DNA from: the human T2T-CHM13v2.0 reference genome, Homo sapiens
DNA: 64,000 nt
Assembly: GCF_009914755.1 (NCBI RefSeq)
Contig: NC_060940.1
Reading direction: 5' to 3' (one strand)
In this document: one piece after another, positions 12,900 to 28,599 of the stretch
Layout: every line of letters begins with the position of its first letter
Numbering within the stretch: position 1 is the stretch's first letter
Program-made: the position numbers and the translations under genes
Notes under the pieces: model-generated
What the model was told of the DNA's origin: nothing
What the model saw: the letters and a program-made list of their open reading frames with translations, nothing else
Databases searched by the model: none

Positions 12900-13102
12900 C
12901 AGGGGTTGGCAAACAATGGCCACTACCTATTTGTTTAAATAAAGTTATACCAGAACACAGCCAGGTTTATTATTTCACATCATCTGTGACTACTTTCATG
13001 CTATAACAACAGATTTGAGTAGCTGTGACAGAGAATGTATGGCCCACAAAGCCTAAAATTTTTATTATCTAGCTTTTTACAGAGAAAGTTTGCTGAACCT
13101 TG
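12900..13102 (+). mobile_element. MER58A (hAT-Charlie)
   Basis: Termini caggggttggcaaac and gtttgctgaaccttg. Confidence 0.85.
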
Positions 13103-14919
13103 CCATAGAGGGAAGATGAAGAGGCCCCATTGTTTTCTAATTCAGGATGGTTCAGGATTCACTTTCAGATTGCATATAAAGCCTTTGTTTACAGAAATGT
13201 GTGACTATATCTGAAAAATATTCTCACAGTAGTTGAAAATCAGGATTAGAATCCTTTACCTTTTATAATTGTGTATTTAATTGCACTATTATTTTATATT
13301 ATTGAAAGCATAATTCTGTTCCCATTTAAAATGCTTTTAATAGGGAATACTCTTCAGAATCTATGAGGCTTCATTTATTAATTTGGATTCTAATTGCAGC
13401 CAGATACTATTAAGCTTTTAATCATTTTAATTGATTTATTTTTCTTTTATTCTCCTATTGCACATTGAGTAATTACTTAGTAATATGGTACCAAATGCTA
13501 AGATGCATAGCAACTTTGAATATGATGAAACATTCAAATTAATTTTTTGACTAGTAATTATGTGCCCCTTTATAAAATGGAAAGGAATAAACTTATTAAG
13601 ATTATTATTGCTTATCATTATTGTTCTTCTATCTCCATTTCTGCTATACTTCTCTAGCTCAGGCCTTTGGTAACTCTTGTGTTTTATACTAACATACTCC
13701 CCAGTTGGGTTTCCCTTTCTTAAATTTATTTTCCTCTGTAACCAATTCTCCTCGCCATTTCTAGGCTGGTATTTTTAAAACACTACTTTAATATTCAAAC
13801 TTCTCTGATAAAAAATCCTCAAGACCTACAGAATTTTAAAACCCTTCTGTCAAGTTCATAAACTGACCTTAGACAATCTTGTAATATTATTTCCCATTAA
13901 TAATCTCCATTCTTTTGCATCTCCATACTGCCATAGATACAGATCTTAATTTCTCAGACTGGTTCTCTCTTTTACATTCTTCCAGAATAGATTTTGTTAA
14001 GGTTATTGTCTTTAGTCCAGACTATAACAATCACTTATAACAAATTTCACAGTTATCTCTATTCTCTTGCTACTTTAATGCAGAAACCATACAGCTGCTA
14101 TAGAATTTTCCTAAATCATAAACCTAGCTAGGTCATTACTCTGCCTAAAGTTCTTCAACAGTAACTCATTGCCCTACAGTTATGTTTCTTAATCTTTCTC
14201 TTTTTTTGTAGATCTCTTTGAGATTCTGAGGGCAGCCATAAAATGCATATAAGAATGAACGCACATAGTTTTTACATCTAGGATGTAAAAAGTCACGGGT
14301 GGCCTTTGCCCTGTGGTAACAAAACAAACAAAATAAAAATCACACGACTGTAGGGGACTATTAAAGACTGGTGGGTGCAAAGTAGTTTTGATGAACTCAT
14401 TTCTAGAAAAAGTAACCCTTTGAAGGTAAGCAGAAAGAAAAAAACCTATAAAAGATGAAAAGATTTTTTGGAGTCAAAAGGTAATCAGTCAAGCTAGTAG
14501 CAATAGTGAGGGTTGACGGGGGCAGATTGAAGTCTGAAGGAGCCCCATAGATACCAATAATTTACTTGGCATAATAATCCTTTCTCTACCCCAAATTTTG
14601 CTGAGAAAGCAACAGTGAAGGCAGGCTTAAAAGAGTGAAGAATTTGAATAATCTTTTACATTCTTAGGGTGCCTGGAACCTAGTGCCATAGAGCTCTAGT
14701 GAAGCTAAATACAAAGAATGGAAAATAGCTGAAATTACAGGCCAACCTCCTCAAAGCTCAAATACTGATAAAATAAGAGGGATTTGTTTCTCAGTGGAGG
14801 CACCCTGGGAGATTAAGGACTGAGCTATCAGAGGTGAGATTAGTTTTTATTAAGGCTGTAGCTCAGTCACAGATTAACTTGACCCGTCAAATAGTTTAAA
14901 TTCTATCACCTCTCATTTT

Positions 14920-17330
<2,411 letters not shown>

Positions 17331-17346
17331 TTGGAGTATCCAAATA

Positions 17347-17701
17347 CAAAAGCTTGTCAACTTATGATCGGGTTGTGTCCTGATAAACTTCAACATAAGT
17401 TGAAAATATGGTAAGTTGAAAATGCACCTAACTAACCAAGCATCATAGCTTAGCCTAGCCTACCTTAAATGTGCTCAGAACACTTACATTAGGCGGTATT
17501 AGGCAAAAACATCAAACACAAAGCCTATTTTATAATAAAGTGTTGAATATCTCATGTAACTTACTAAATACTGTACAAAAAGTAAAAAACAGATGGGTTT
17601 TTTACTTAGGCACTCAAACTATGGTTTCTACTGAATCACTTTTACCCAATCATAAAGTCAAAAAATTGTAAGTTAAGCCATCTTAGATCAAGGACTGTTT
17701 A
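17347..17701 (+). mobile_element. MER47A (TcMar-Tigger)
   Basis: catcatagcttagcctagcctaccttaaatgtgctcagaacacttacattag. Confidence 0.85.
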
Positions 17702-17704
17702 TAT

Positions 17705-19760
17705 ATAAAGCAAATATATAAAGGCAGAAAGAGACAAGGTTACAACAATAGTAGGGGACTTAGCCCACTTTCAATAATATATAGAACAGAAAATCAATAT
17801 GGAAACTGCTGATGTGAATAACACTATAGACCAAAAGGACCTTATAAACTTTTACGGAACATTTCATCCAAGATCAGCAGAATACACATTCTTCTCAAGC
17901 GCACATGGAACATTCTCCAAGAAGGTCATGTGTTGGGCTACAAGTCTTAAAAATTTTCAGACTGAAATCATATGAAGTTCCTTTCCCAACCCCAATGGTA
18001 TGATTGGAAATCAAAAGCAAGAGTAACGTGGAAATATTTACAAATATGTGGAAATTAAACCACACACTCACGATCAAAGGGTCAAAGAAAAAATGAAAAG
18101 GGAAATCAAAAAGTATGTTGAGACAAACAAAAATGAAACCCAACTACCAAAACTTATGGTATGCAGCAAAAACAGTTTTGAGAGGTAAGTTTATTATGAT
18201 AAATGCCTACATTAAGAAAAATGAAAGATCACAATAAACAACCTATGGTTATACCCAAGAAACTAGAAAAGAAAACAAATTAGGTCTAAAGTCAGCAGAA
18301 GCAAGGAAATAATAAAGATCACAGAAGAAATAAATGAAAGACACCAGAAAAACAATAGAATAAAAGATCAATAAAACCAAGAGCTGTTTTCTGAAACAAT
18401 AAATAAAACAATTTTGTGCAGCACACCAACATGGCACATATATACATATGTAACAAACCTGCATGTTGTGCGCATGTACCCTAAAACTTAAAGTATAATA
18501 ATTAAAAAAAAGCAGAAGAAACAAGAATAAAAACAGAAAAATGGGACTACATCAAGAGCAAAAAGCTTTTTGGACATCAAAGAAAACATTTAGTGGAGTA
18601 AAAATGCCACCGAAGAAATGAGAAAAAAATTGCAAATAATATATTTGATAGAGGTTAATATCTAGAATGTATAAACAATTTCTAAAACTCAACAACAAAA
18701 AGCAAATAATCCTATTTAAAAATGGGCAAAACACTCAAGAGATGTTTTTTACAAAGCAGATATACAAATAGCCAAGAGGAATTTGAAAAGATGCTCAAAA
18801 TACAAATCTTTAGTGAAATACAAGGCAAAACCCCAATGAGATATTACCTCACACTCATTAAGATGGCCACTATCAAACAAGAAAAAAATAACAAATGTTT
18901 TCAGGGATGTAGAGAAATTGGAACACTGTGCACTGGTGCTGGAAAAAATAATAATGCAACCATTATAAAAAATAGTAAAGAGTTTCCTCAGAATATTAAA
19001 AATGAAATTATCACACAATCTGGCAATCCCATTTCTGGATATCTATCTAAATGTGCAAAGCAGGACCTGAAAGAGATATTTGCACAACCATGTTTATAAT
19101 AGAATTATTCCCAAAATCCAAAAGGTAGAAGCTAGTTAAATGTCCCTTGACAGATAAACAAGTAAAGAAAATACGATATATACATACGATGAAATATAAT
19201 TTAAAAGGAAATCCTATCACACGCTACAGTGACAATAAACCATTAGGACATTACGTTAAGTGAAATATGTCAGGAACCAAAGTGACAGTGAGTGTATGAT
19301 TCCACTTATGAGATATCTTAAGTAGTCCAACTCACAGAAAGAGAAAATAGCATGTGTTTGTCAAGGGCTCAGGAGAACGTTAAAATGGGCAGTTGTTTTT
19401 TAATGGGTACTGAGTTTTAGTTTTGCAATGGAAAACTCTAGAAGCCTGTTGCATTACAATGTGGATATATGTAATACCACTAAATTATGCAATTAAACAC
19501 ATATAAAATGGTAAAAAAAATAATTTTTTTTCTGCTTAGAGCAGCTTTATTCACAATTGTCAAAAGCTGGAAGCAACCAAGACGTCTTTCAATGTGTGAA
19601 TAGACACAGAAACTATGGTACATCTACAATATGGAATATTACTCAGCAATAAAAAGAAATGAGTTATTAAAGCACAAAAATACATGGAAAAGCTTTAAAA
19701 ACATATTGCCAAGTGAAAGAAATCAGTCTTAAAAGCCTACATACTATATGACTCCAATTT
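17705..19760 (+). mobile_element. L1MA/MB ORF2 fragments and 3'UTR, with a large internal gap
   Basis: Endonuclease-region text (gaatacacattcttctcaagcgcacatggaacattctc), then ORF2 C-terminal and 3'UTR text. Confidence 0.85.
18416..18511 (+). mobile_element. Short young L1PA 3' end
   Basis: gcagcacaccaacatggcaca...gtaccctaaaacttaaagtataataa. Confidence 0.9.
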
Positions 19761-20169
19761 ACATATAGTAAAATTCACATATCTTAAATGTAGATTATAC
19801 ATCTATTACTTAACACAGTCATCAAGATTTGGAACATCTCCATTCCCTGCTACCCCGGAACTTTCTTTAACTCCTTTTCAGGCAATAGTCTCCCTCAGAG
19901 CACCTGTTGTTATATCACCAGAGATTAATTTTGCCTGTTCTTGAACCTCATATAAATAGAATCATTACTATTAATTTTTGTGTATGTTGACTCTGTAAGT
20001 GTATACTTTGTTAACCTTAACTAATAAGAAAGCGTATATTTTCTTATTAGTTCTAATGGTTTAGGAAGTGCAGGAAAACAATGATGTTCCCAAAATTAAT
20101 ACTTTTGTCTTCTTTTATACATTTTAACTCTTATTTTTGGTTTATATCCTATTGCATTGATTTGAATGA

Positions 20170-21775
20170 AAACTGACAAGCCTTTAGAAGAGTAACTAAA
20201 GAAGAGAGAAGACTCAAAATTATGAATGAAAGAAGAGACATTATTACTGACACCACAGAAATATGAAGGATCTAAGAAACTACTATGAACAATTAGAGAA
20301 GAAATTAAAATAAAAACTTATGAGTATCCCTTATCCAAAATACTTAGGACCAGAAGTGCTTCAGGTTTGGGTTTTTTTCAGGTTTTGTAATATTTGCATA
20401 TACACAATAAGACATCTTGGGGATGAACCCAAGTCTAAACATAAAATTCATTTATGTTTTATATACACCTAATACAAATAGCCTGAAGGTAATTTTATGT
20501 AACATTTTAAATAACTTTATGTATGAAACAAAGTTTTGACTGCATTTTGACTGTGATCTGTCACATGAAGTCAGGTGTTGAGTTTTCTTCTTGTGACATC
20601 ATGTTAGCACTCAAAAAAATGTCAGACTTTGGGGCATTTCAGATTTTGGACTTTTGAATTAGAGATGCTCAACCTGTATAGTACAAAAAGAGAGAACAGT
20701 GGTCCAGTGTCCATATCCAATGAATACTGATGCAAAAATTTGAAACTATACATTAGCAAACCAAAACCAACACCACATTAACCACATTAAGAGAAGAATA
20801 CTCCATGATCAAGTGGGATTTATTACAGAAATGCAAGGCTGATTCAATAAAAAGAAATCCATTAATACCATATGCTGTATTTACATGTAAAAGATCATAT
20901 GATTACCTCCATAGACTGAGAAAGCTTTGACAAAATTCAACATTGATTCATTAGAAAAACACTCAAGAATATAGAGACTATATTCTTGAATATGAATATA
21001 TTCTAACCATGATAAAATTTATATACCTAATGTAAAAATCATTATTTTATAACGGGAAAACACTAGAGACATTTCCACTAAGATGAGAACAAAGTAAGAT
21101 GACCACTACCTTTATTATATTAAACATGGTACTAGAGGTATTAGCTAATGCAATTAGACAAGAAAAGTCAATTAGAGGCATAGGAATAAATAAAGAAGAA
21201 GTAAGACTATTTCTATTTGCAAATGATATGACAGTATACCTGGGTAATCCCAGAAAAAATAAATAATAAAACTAACTCAAACAATAAAAGAGTTCAGTGA
21301 GGTAGCAAGATTTAAAGTTAGCAGAGAAAATCAGTAGCCCTTGTATATACAAATAATAAACAGAAGACATAATAGTAGAGAAAGCCTCATTTACAGTATC
21401 AATAAAGAATACTAAATGCTTATAAGTAAGTTTAACAATAAATGTGTAAAACTTCATAGAAAAAAATGTTAAAACATTCCCCCAAAGACTCTAAAGGAGA
21501 CTTTTGGGAAAAAGTAGAACAAATGGAAATACATCACTTATTCTTGGATAGTGCAACTCAGCATTACAGAAATGTCATTCCTCCCTAGGTTGATTTATAA
21601 ATTAAATGCAATCCCAGTAAGATATCAGCAAGCAATTTTATGGAATTAGACAAGCTGATACTAAATTTCATAGGCAAAAACAAACATGCAAGAATGGCCC
21701 TGGAAACAATGAAGTGAAAATGTATGGGAGACCACCATTCCTATCAGATATTATAATCTACTGCAAAGCTGTCTG
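20170..21775 (+). mobile_element. Old L1 ORF2 (RT region) fragment, interrupted by Tigger4
   Basis: gatcaagtgggatttattacagaaatgcaaggc; ctatttgcaaatgatatga (degenerate LFADDM motif). Confidence 0.8.
20316..20676 (+). mobile_element. Tigger4b / MER46 (TcMar-Tigger)
   Basis: tgagtatcccttatccaaaatacttaggaccagaagtg...gatgctcaacctg followed by TA. Confidence 0.85.
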
Positions 21776-21925
21776 TCAACTTCCATGGGTTTTTATGTAA
21801 ATTTCATTGAATTTGTAGGTTAATTTTGGGAGAAATTAAATCTTTACAATATTAAGCATTTCCATTTGTGAACACGGTATATGCCACTGCATTGCTAAAG
21901 TATAATATAGGTATTACATTATACT

Positions 21926-21968
21926 AATATATAATATAATATAATATAATATAATATAATATAATATA
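21926..21968. repeat. (TATAA)n microsatellite
   Basis: About 8 tandem ataat units. Confidence 0.9.
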
Positions 21969-21972
21969 GCTA

Positions 21973-22301
<329 letters not shown>

Positions 22302-24839
22302 TATTATTATTGTCTCATACAGTTAAAAATTATTTAGATTTACCCATATGTTTGTCATTTTCTTTGCTCAGCATTGCTCCTTCCCTAATGCACCTTGCTT
22401 CTGAGTTCTTTTTCTGAAGAACATTATTTTTTTTCCAGTGAAAGTATGTAAAACTCTCAGTTTTATTTGTCTGGAAATATAATGTTTAAAATTCTCCCAC
22501 TTGAATAATTTAGTATAGAATCTCAGGTTGACAGTTTTAATTCTTTTCCTCATTGGAAAACAAATTTTCCTCAATGGAGCTACTACTCCATTACCCTCTC
22601 ACTTCTGTTGTTGCTATTGAGAAATCTGCTGTAAATCTTATTATTCCTTTTTCACTAATGTCTTTTTAAATTCTCTGGTCACTTAAAAAGTTTTCTTTTT
22701 GTCTTTGCTATTCTGAAGTTTCACTATAGGGTATCTTGGAGTAGGTTATTACACTCAGGTTTTGTTATGTAACCTGAATCTGAAGACTCACAGCTTTCAT
22801 CTGTTCTGAAAAATTGTCATGTTCTTTCTATTAGTTCTCTCCATTTGTTCTAATATCTCTCTAGATAACTTTTATTGGCTGTTTGAAGAGCTTAATTCTG
22901 CTATTATGTTTAGTAATTGCCATTTATTATGGGTTGTTTCTTTTAGTGTTATAAAATATTGACAAATGAGCTAATCCTCAATGGGTTTTATCTGTAAAAT
23001 GTCCTTCCAAAGAGTTTTGTGTTAGTTCTTTCAAGGGATTTTAATGTTCCATGACAACTTCCTATGTTATTTTTTGGCCTACAGAATTACCCAAACTATG
23101 CAGTCCTGTAAATAGTATGTTCCCCAAACTCATACACAGCTGATCATTATTATTCTCAATTAAAAAAAAACATCTTTTTTAAACACTGAAAGACTGACAA
23201 GCTTCCTTGTCATTTCCCTGTGCAGTCAAGGATTTAAAGGTGCTGGCTGTATGAGGGAGTGAAAAGCAAGTGGTAGCTCAGTTCTTGGCCTATGTGAGCT
23301 CAAGGTCTCATTCTCTGTCCACTCATGGGTGTTAAATCAAGCTTCCAGATTTCCAAGACTAATAATCTCTGTCTCTCATCAGGTCCAACTTCTTGGGTGA
23401 GCCACAGACTTGGTACATGTGTTTATCACTCCGATTATAAGTTTCTAGGTCATTTCTGACCCCGGTATATAATTTTTTTCATTTTTCTAGAAGGTCAGCC
23501 AACTATTCCAAAGGAAATATATTCTATGTTATATGTACCATTTCTAGGTCATTACAGCTGGATGTCTTTTAGGTGAGTCAGTCTATCACACTATCAGAAG
23601 TCCTGTCAGCCTGTGCTTGATTCTTTACTACCTCTACTTCCAAACCCACATTCTCTACTCTAGTCAGGCTTTTCTTCTTTCTGGCCCATCAATATGTCAT
23701 ACTCTTTAATACTTTTATGCTTTTGCTCATGCTGTTTTCTGACTTGTCATAGCCACCCTCCCCATTGCCTACCCAATTCTAGCCTTTAAGAGTCAGCTTA
23801 ACCTGCATTTCCTCCATGGTGTCTATATCTCTGGTCACTGTCAACTTCCCTCTCCTCCAACTTCTCCTAGAATTACAGTCCGCATTTAATCCTGAGTCAC
23901 AAGTGGTCTTCTATTATTTGCTTTTGTTTCTTGGCTCTTATTTCACGCACACAATTTCAGGAAACTGAATCTGAAGAAATCTTGGGCTGCTTAAAGCACC
24001 AAAGAGTCTGGTATTTAATGTGTGTTATTATTCCTTTAACATGCTAACTGTAATCAACAATAATTTAGAAAATTTATAATTTGTGCAGACCTCTACTTTG
24101 ACAATATAGAAAGATGTTTTTTTCTGTTTTATTCATGAAAGAAAAGTTATGTTGTCCCCAAGCACCAGAACATTCCTACTTTTGGGTAATCCACCCTGAG
24201 ACCTGCAATGGGACTTATTCCCGGGGTATTAATCAGCTTTGGAACAGGCAGTGCTCATGCCAGATACAGACTGGCAGGAAGCTGATGAGGCAGCACAATG
24301 AATGATCTACCATAAAGGCCATAGGCAAGAGGTAGCCATTAGTCTAGAGCTCAGTAATGCACTCTTCAAGTACATTACTCACCAATCCATCAGGCAACCT
24401 GCTACAGGACCGAGAGATTCCAGCACTTTTAAATCTGTAATGCGATGGCTGCCAGCCTGCTCTACATGCCCTAGGTTACAAGGGCACAATAGTATAGGAG
24501 GAAGGCAATTCATTTGGTGTCATAGCCAGTATTTTTTCTATTCTTTCTTCTGTGTGTACTTAAGAAATGGGCCTTCCACTATCCATAGATTAATAGTGGA
24601 GAGAATGCTCTGGTGTCTCTATTAGCATTAACTACCAACAGATATTTTTCTAGTGTCTAATCGGCAGAATTTTCATTAGCTAAAACAAAAAATACTTGTA
24701 TAGGAAAACAGATCTTATTTTTTAATTCTAAAATATGGCTACATAAATTTCTACTAAAAGAGACTATCAAAATGAACTCAATAAATAAAGCCACAGAAAT
24801 ATAAATATGCCAAAACTTAGTTATAACCAAGAGTGGCAC

Positions 24840-25126
<287 letters not shown>

Positions 25127-25829
25127 TTTTTTTTCTATTCAGGTAGCATTTACCAAATTTGGAGGATTTCTGTGCGTATGCCATAATTATAACTGCAAAT
25201 GAAGGTTTAGGCAAAGACAGTGATTATGTTAACTACAATAAATTTTTTTCAATTTGTAAATTAACAAAGATATGCAATTAAACAAACTATAGTCATAGAT
25301 AAAAAGAGAGGCTGTATGTTTAACTTGATTATGGTAGGCTTATTATTTATCCTGATATTACACTGTTCCCACTTCTTTCGTGTTACAATGTCTTTTATGA
25401 CAATATATTTGATTATAATTTTTGAATGTTCTTGCTTGGTAATATGTGTCGGCAAATCTGTTGGTGTACTCACTTTTCCAAGTAGCTTATAAGATCCAAA
25501 GGTGTGAGACGCACTGATCCAGAACATTCAGTGAATGTAGTGAGGGGAAGGAAAGGTATTGTCTCGGCAGCAGTTATGTTTTGATGGCCTCTTGAGAACC
25601 GAAGCCCTTGTGAGTTCCCTGTGGTGATAAGCAAATGAGGAAGGAGAGAATTAGGAATGAGGAATTCTTGCTCACGAAAGGTATGAGGATCACCTGTTCT
25701 CTGTCCCTCCTGGCAGAGATGACTATACTGTCATACCATGTCCTATATCAGTGCTTTCTCAGTCTATGCATGAAAATCAGCAGCAAATATTTAAATACAC
25801 ATAGGTCATAATAATGATTAATATTAACT

Positions 25830-26170
25830 TAGCAGGTACTAAGTGGTTTTTAGGTTTTTTACTTATGGTAACTCATTCAATCTTTACAATAGCCCTTCAA
25901 GGTTGTTATACCTTTTTAGAGATGAGAAAGCTTAGGGGATTTAAGCAACTTATAAAATCACGAGTATGAATTTGAGTCCAGGTAGTCTGGCCTCAGAGCA
26001 GGTACTCTTTCTTAACCACTACTTTATACTGCCTCCCATGCCCTTTTCAAAGATCCAAAATCTAGATTGCTGTGTTCAGTAGGCCTGGCACAGGACTCAG
26101 GAATCTGTGGTTTTTAAAAGCTCTATAGGTAGCTCTAGTGCACAGCCAGGGTTAAGGACCAAAGGTGTAG
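25830..26170. mobile_element. MIR followed by a MER5-like fragment
   Basis: tttagagatgagaaagcttagg (MIR); ggaatctgtggtttttaaaagctc...gtgcacagccagggttaaggacc (MER5). Confidence 0.6.
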
Positions 26171-26899
26171 TGTTAGTTGCCTAGCCTTTTCTTCCTAGAG
26201 CATGGCTCCCTGGAACTGGGCTTATACTCTCATTTTATGCCACAGGAAATACCTTAGTGTAATCCCACTGTCATGGACAACATTCTGTTGAACCATAACC
26301 TAAATTGGTATGTCCTACACAGCTCAGCTCTGAGCATCATAGCTAAGCCAAAACAGAGAATACTAAAATAATGGGGGAATATTAAACATGAAAAATAAGG
26401 ATTAGTTTAAGAAAACAAGGATATCAATTTTTAGAAGAGATTACTTAGGGGCAGATACGATGGCCTTATTCAAACAACTAGAAGAATAGACTATGCTAAG
26501 GTCCTTCAGTATGTAATTAGGTTCTGTGCAAATTAAGAAAGAGTATGTAATGTCTAATGGAAGAAAGAATTTTTTAGAGTGAGATGTGCTCAAAGATAGA
26601 ACTGGTTACTCCAGAAAATTCTGATTTCCTGTCATTAAAGGTCAGAGTGATATTTGGTGGCACTGTTGTAGAGGTTTCAAGTGATAAATGTTGGTTAGAA
26701 CCCCATTTAGGGTTCACTAAAACCTCCAAAGTCTTTTTTTCTGCATGTTTCCTTGGCATAGGCCTGGCTGATATATAGCTGACAGTATCGGCACAGCTTT
26801 AGCAGTTGTTTAATGCCAGTATCAGTTTTGACTGGTTAGTGTCCATGCAGTAGATGCCAGAGTTTAATATTTTTTAATATTGCCTGCAGAGTATGGGCA

Positions 26900-27340
26900 T
26901 TCATTCAATTAAGCATATTTTGAGTATATGTCCAGGCACTAAATTAAAGAAACAAAGAAAGGTAAATGACACACGGCCCCATCCTTACATCTAGTGGGGT
27001 ATACATATACACAATAAATTCAGGTCAAGCCATATGACATTGCTAACATTCAACCATTTTTTTTTACCTAGAAAAATGGTGATTTCATATGGTTCAACAT
27101 AATACAGTTAATAACTGTTATCATAAAATATTTAAAAATGCTATAGGAACACAGATAATTGAGTTTAGTCTATCAGAGCAAGTCTATGTGCAGGATGGAA
27201 TTCCTGGAAAATTTTTGAAAACTGGACATAATGTTTGAGCTGTATTAAAAGTATAAGCAAGAAATTTTCAGGTAAACATACAGTGAAGAGTTTTCCAGGG
27301 AGATGAAAGAGAATGAGAAAAAGGATGGAGAAATGGGAAG
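26900..27340 (-). mobile_element. L2 3' fragment
   Basis: cattcattcaattaagcatattttgagtatatgtccaggcact. Confidence 0.6.
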
Positions 27341-28315
27341 CATTTATGATTTAGGATTAAAAGGACAGAATTTCTCCCATAGTACTAATAATCTGTTACA
27401 GAGCTGACATTCTTTTTTTTTTTTTTTACTTCTCCGTGTGTATCCTTTATACCCTTTACTGAGCGGCTTTAGATATGTACCAATACTCCAAAATAGTAGG
27501 AAGGCTCTAGTAGATACGAATATAGCAGTACTCTCTCCATGAGCATACATTTTATGTTGACGAGGTAGAAGAATGCATATAATTGTGTAAAGGGGCATAT
27601 GAGGTAGTTGTTAATGGCATGAGTATTAGAGAAAAGCTGGGTGTGGGTTTCAATGTTATCACTTACTAATAGTGGGTCATGGGTAAGTTATTTAGCCTTT
27701 CTGGCCTCAATTTCTTCATCTATAAAATGCATATAGCCATAGTACCTTTATCTCCTGTGCTAGAACTTGTCTATTTCTTTTATTAGAAAAACAAAAGTGA
27801 TTATACTTTATGCTCTCATTCCTTTCTGGAGAATATAAAACACTTAAAAATATATTTTTTTCCTTCAAGTAAATTGTTCATCTCTTTTCAACAAAGTGGG
27901 ACAAGTGAGAGTTTTCAAATAGAAAACCTGCTCTTTGAAGCTTCTGGGCTACTTAATATTAGAAAAATTGGCTCTTTCAACACCACATGCAGCTAAGCCA
28001 GTATTTATGAGGAGTCCAGGAATTTTGTTCTAGGAGGAAAAAAAATCTTCTTGCAAACAAACAACTAAATATTCTGGATAAAAGATTTACAACATCCTTT
28101 TAAATATATAGCTGAGCTCACAATAAAGAAAGGAAAATCCTTAGAGGCAAAGAACTAAGCAGAAGCATGAATCCAGAGAGGTAAACAAGCTAAAGCCAGA
28201 GGCTGCCCTGAAGGCAACTGCCAATTCCCCAGAAACCTAAAGCATCTTATTTGTGAAGCTGGAATGCAAACCCCAACTTAAAATCAGGATTCCAGAAGAG
28301 ATACACCTTCCCCGA

Positions 28316-28561
28316 AAGAGTAACGTACGAATTCTGCCCTGCAAATGGAGAAACAATAAAAATTCTGTTCAGTCTTGGGTATGGTTGGAACAGGCAAAAA
28401 TCTCTCTTCTTAATATTAACATTCTTAATACGGGCACATGTAATTGATAATCCCAACAAGGATTCTCCTGACAGTAGAAGAGGACATTATTAATAATTAC
28501 ACAAGGACAAAGGGCATTAACTAGGACTGTCTTGAGCAAAGCAGGACGTATGAACACTCTA
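28316..28561. mobile_element. hAT-Blackjack-type element (MER94/BLACKJACK-like)
   Basis: End ggactgtcttgagcaaagcaggacgtatgaacactcta resembles the Blackjack TIR. Confidence 0.55.
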
Positions 28562-28599
28562 CTCTATAACCACAGGTTAGCTGCCAGGTTGGCATGGGG

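Noticed and set aside
21530-21890. Sense and antisense L1 pieces covering the same consensus region
   Set aside because: Too diverged to form a hairpin; probably two independent old insertions.
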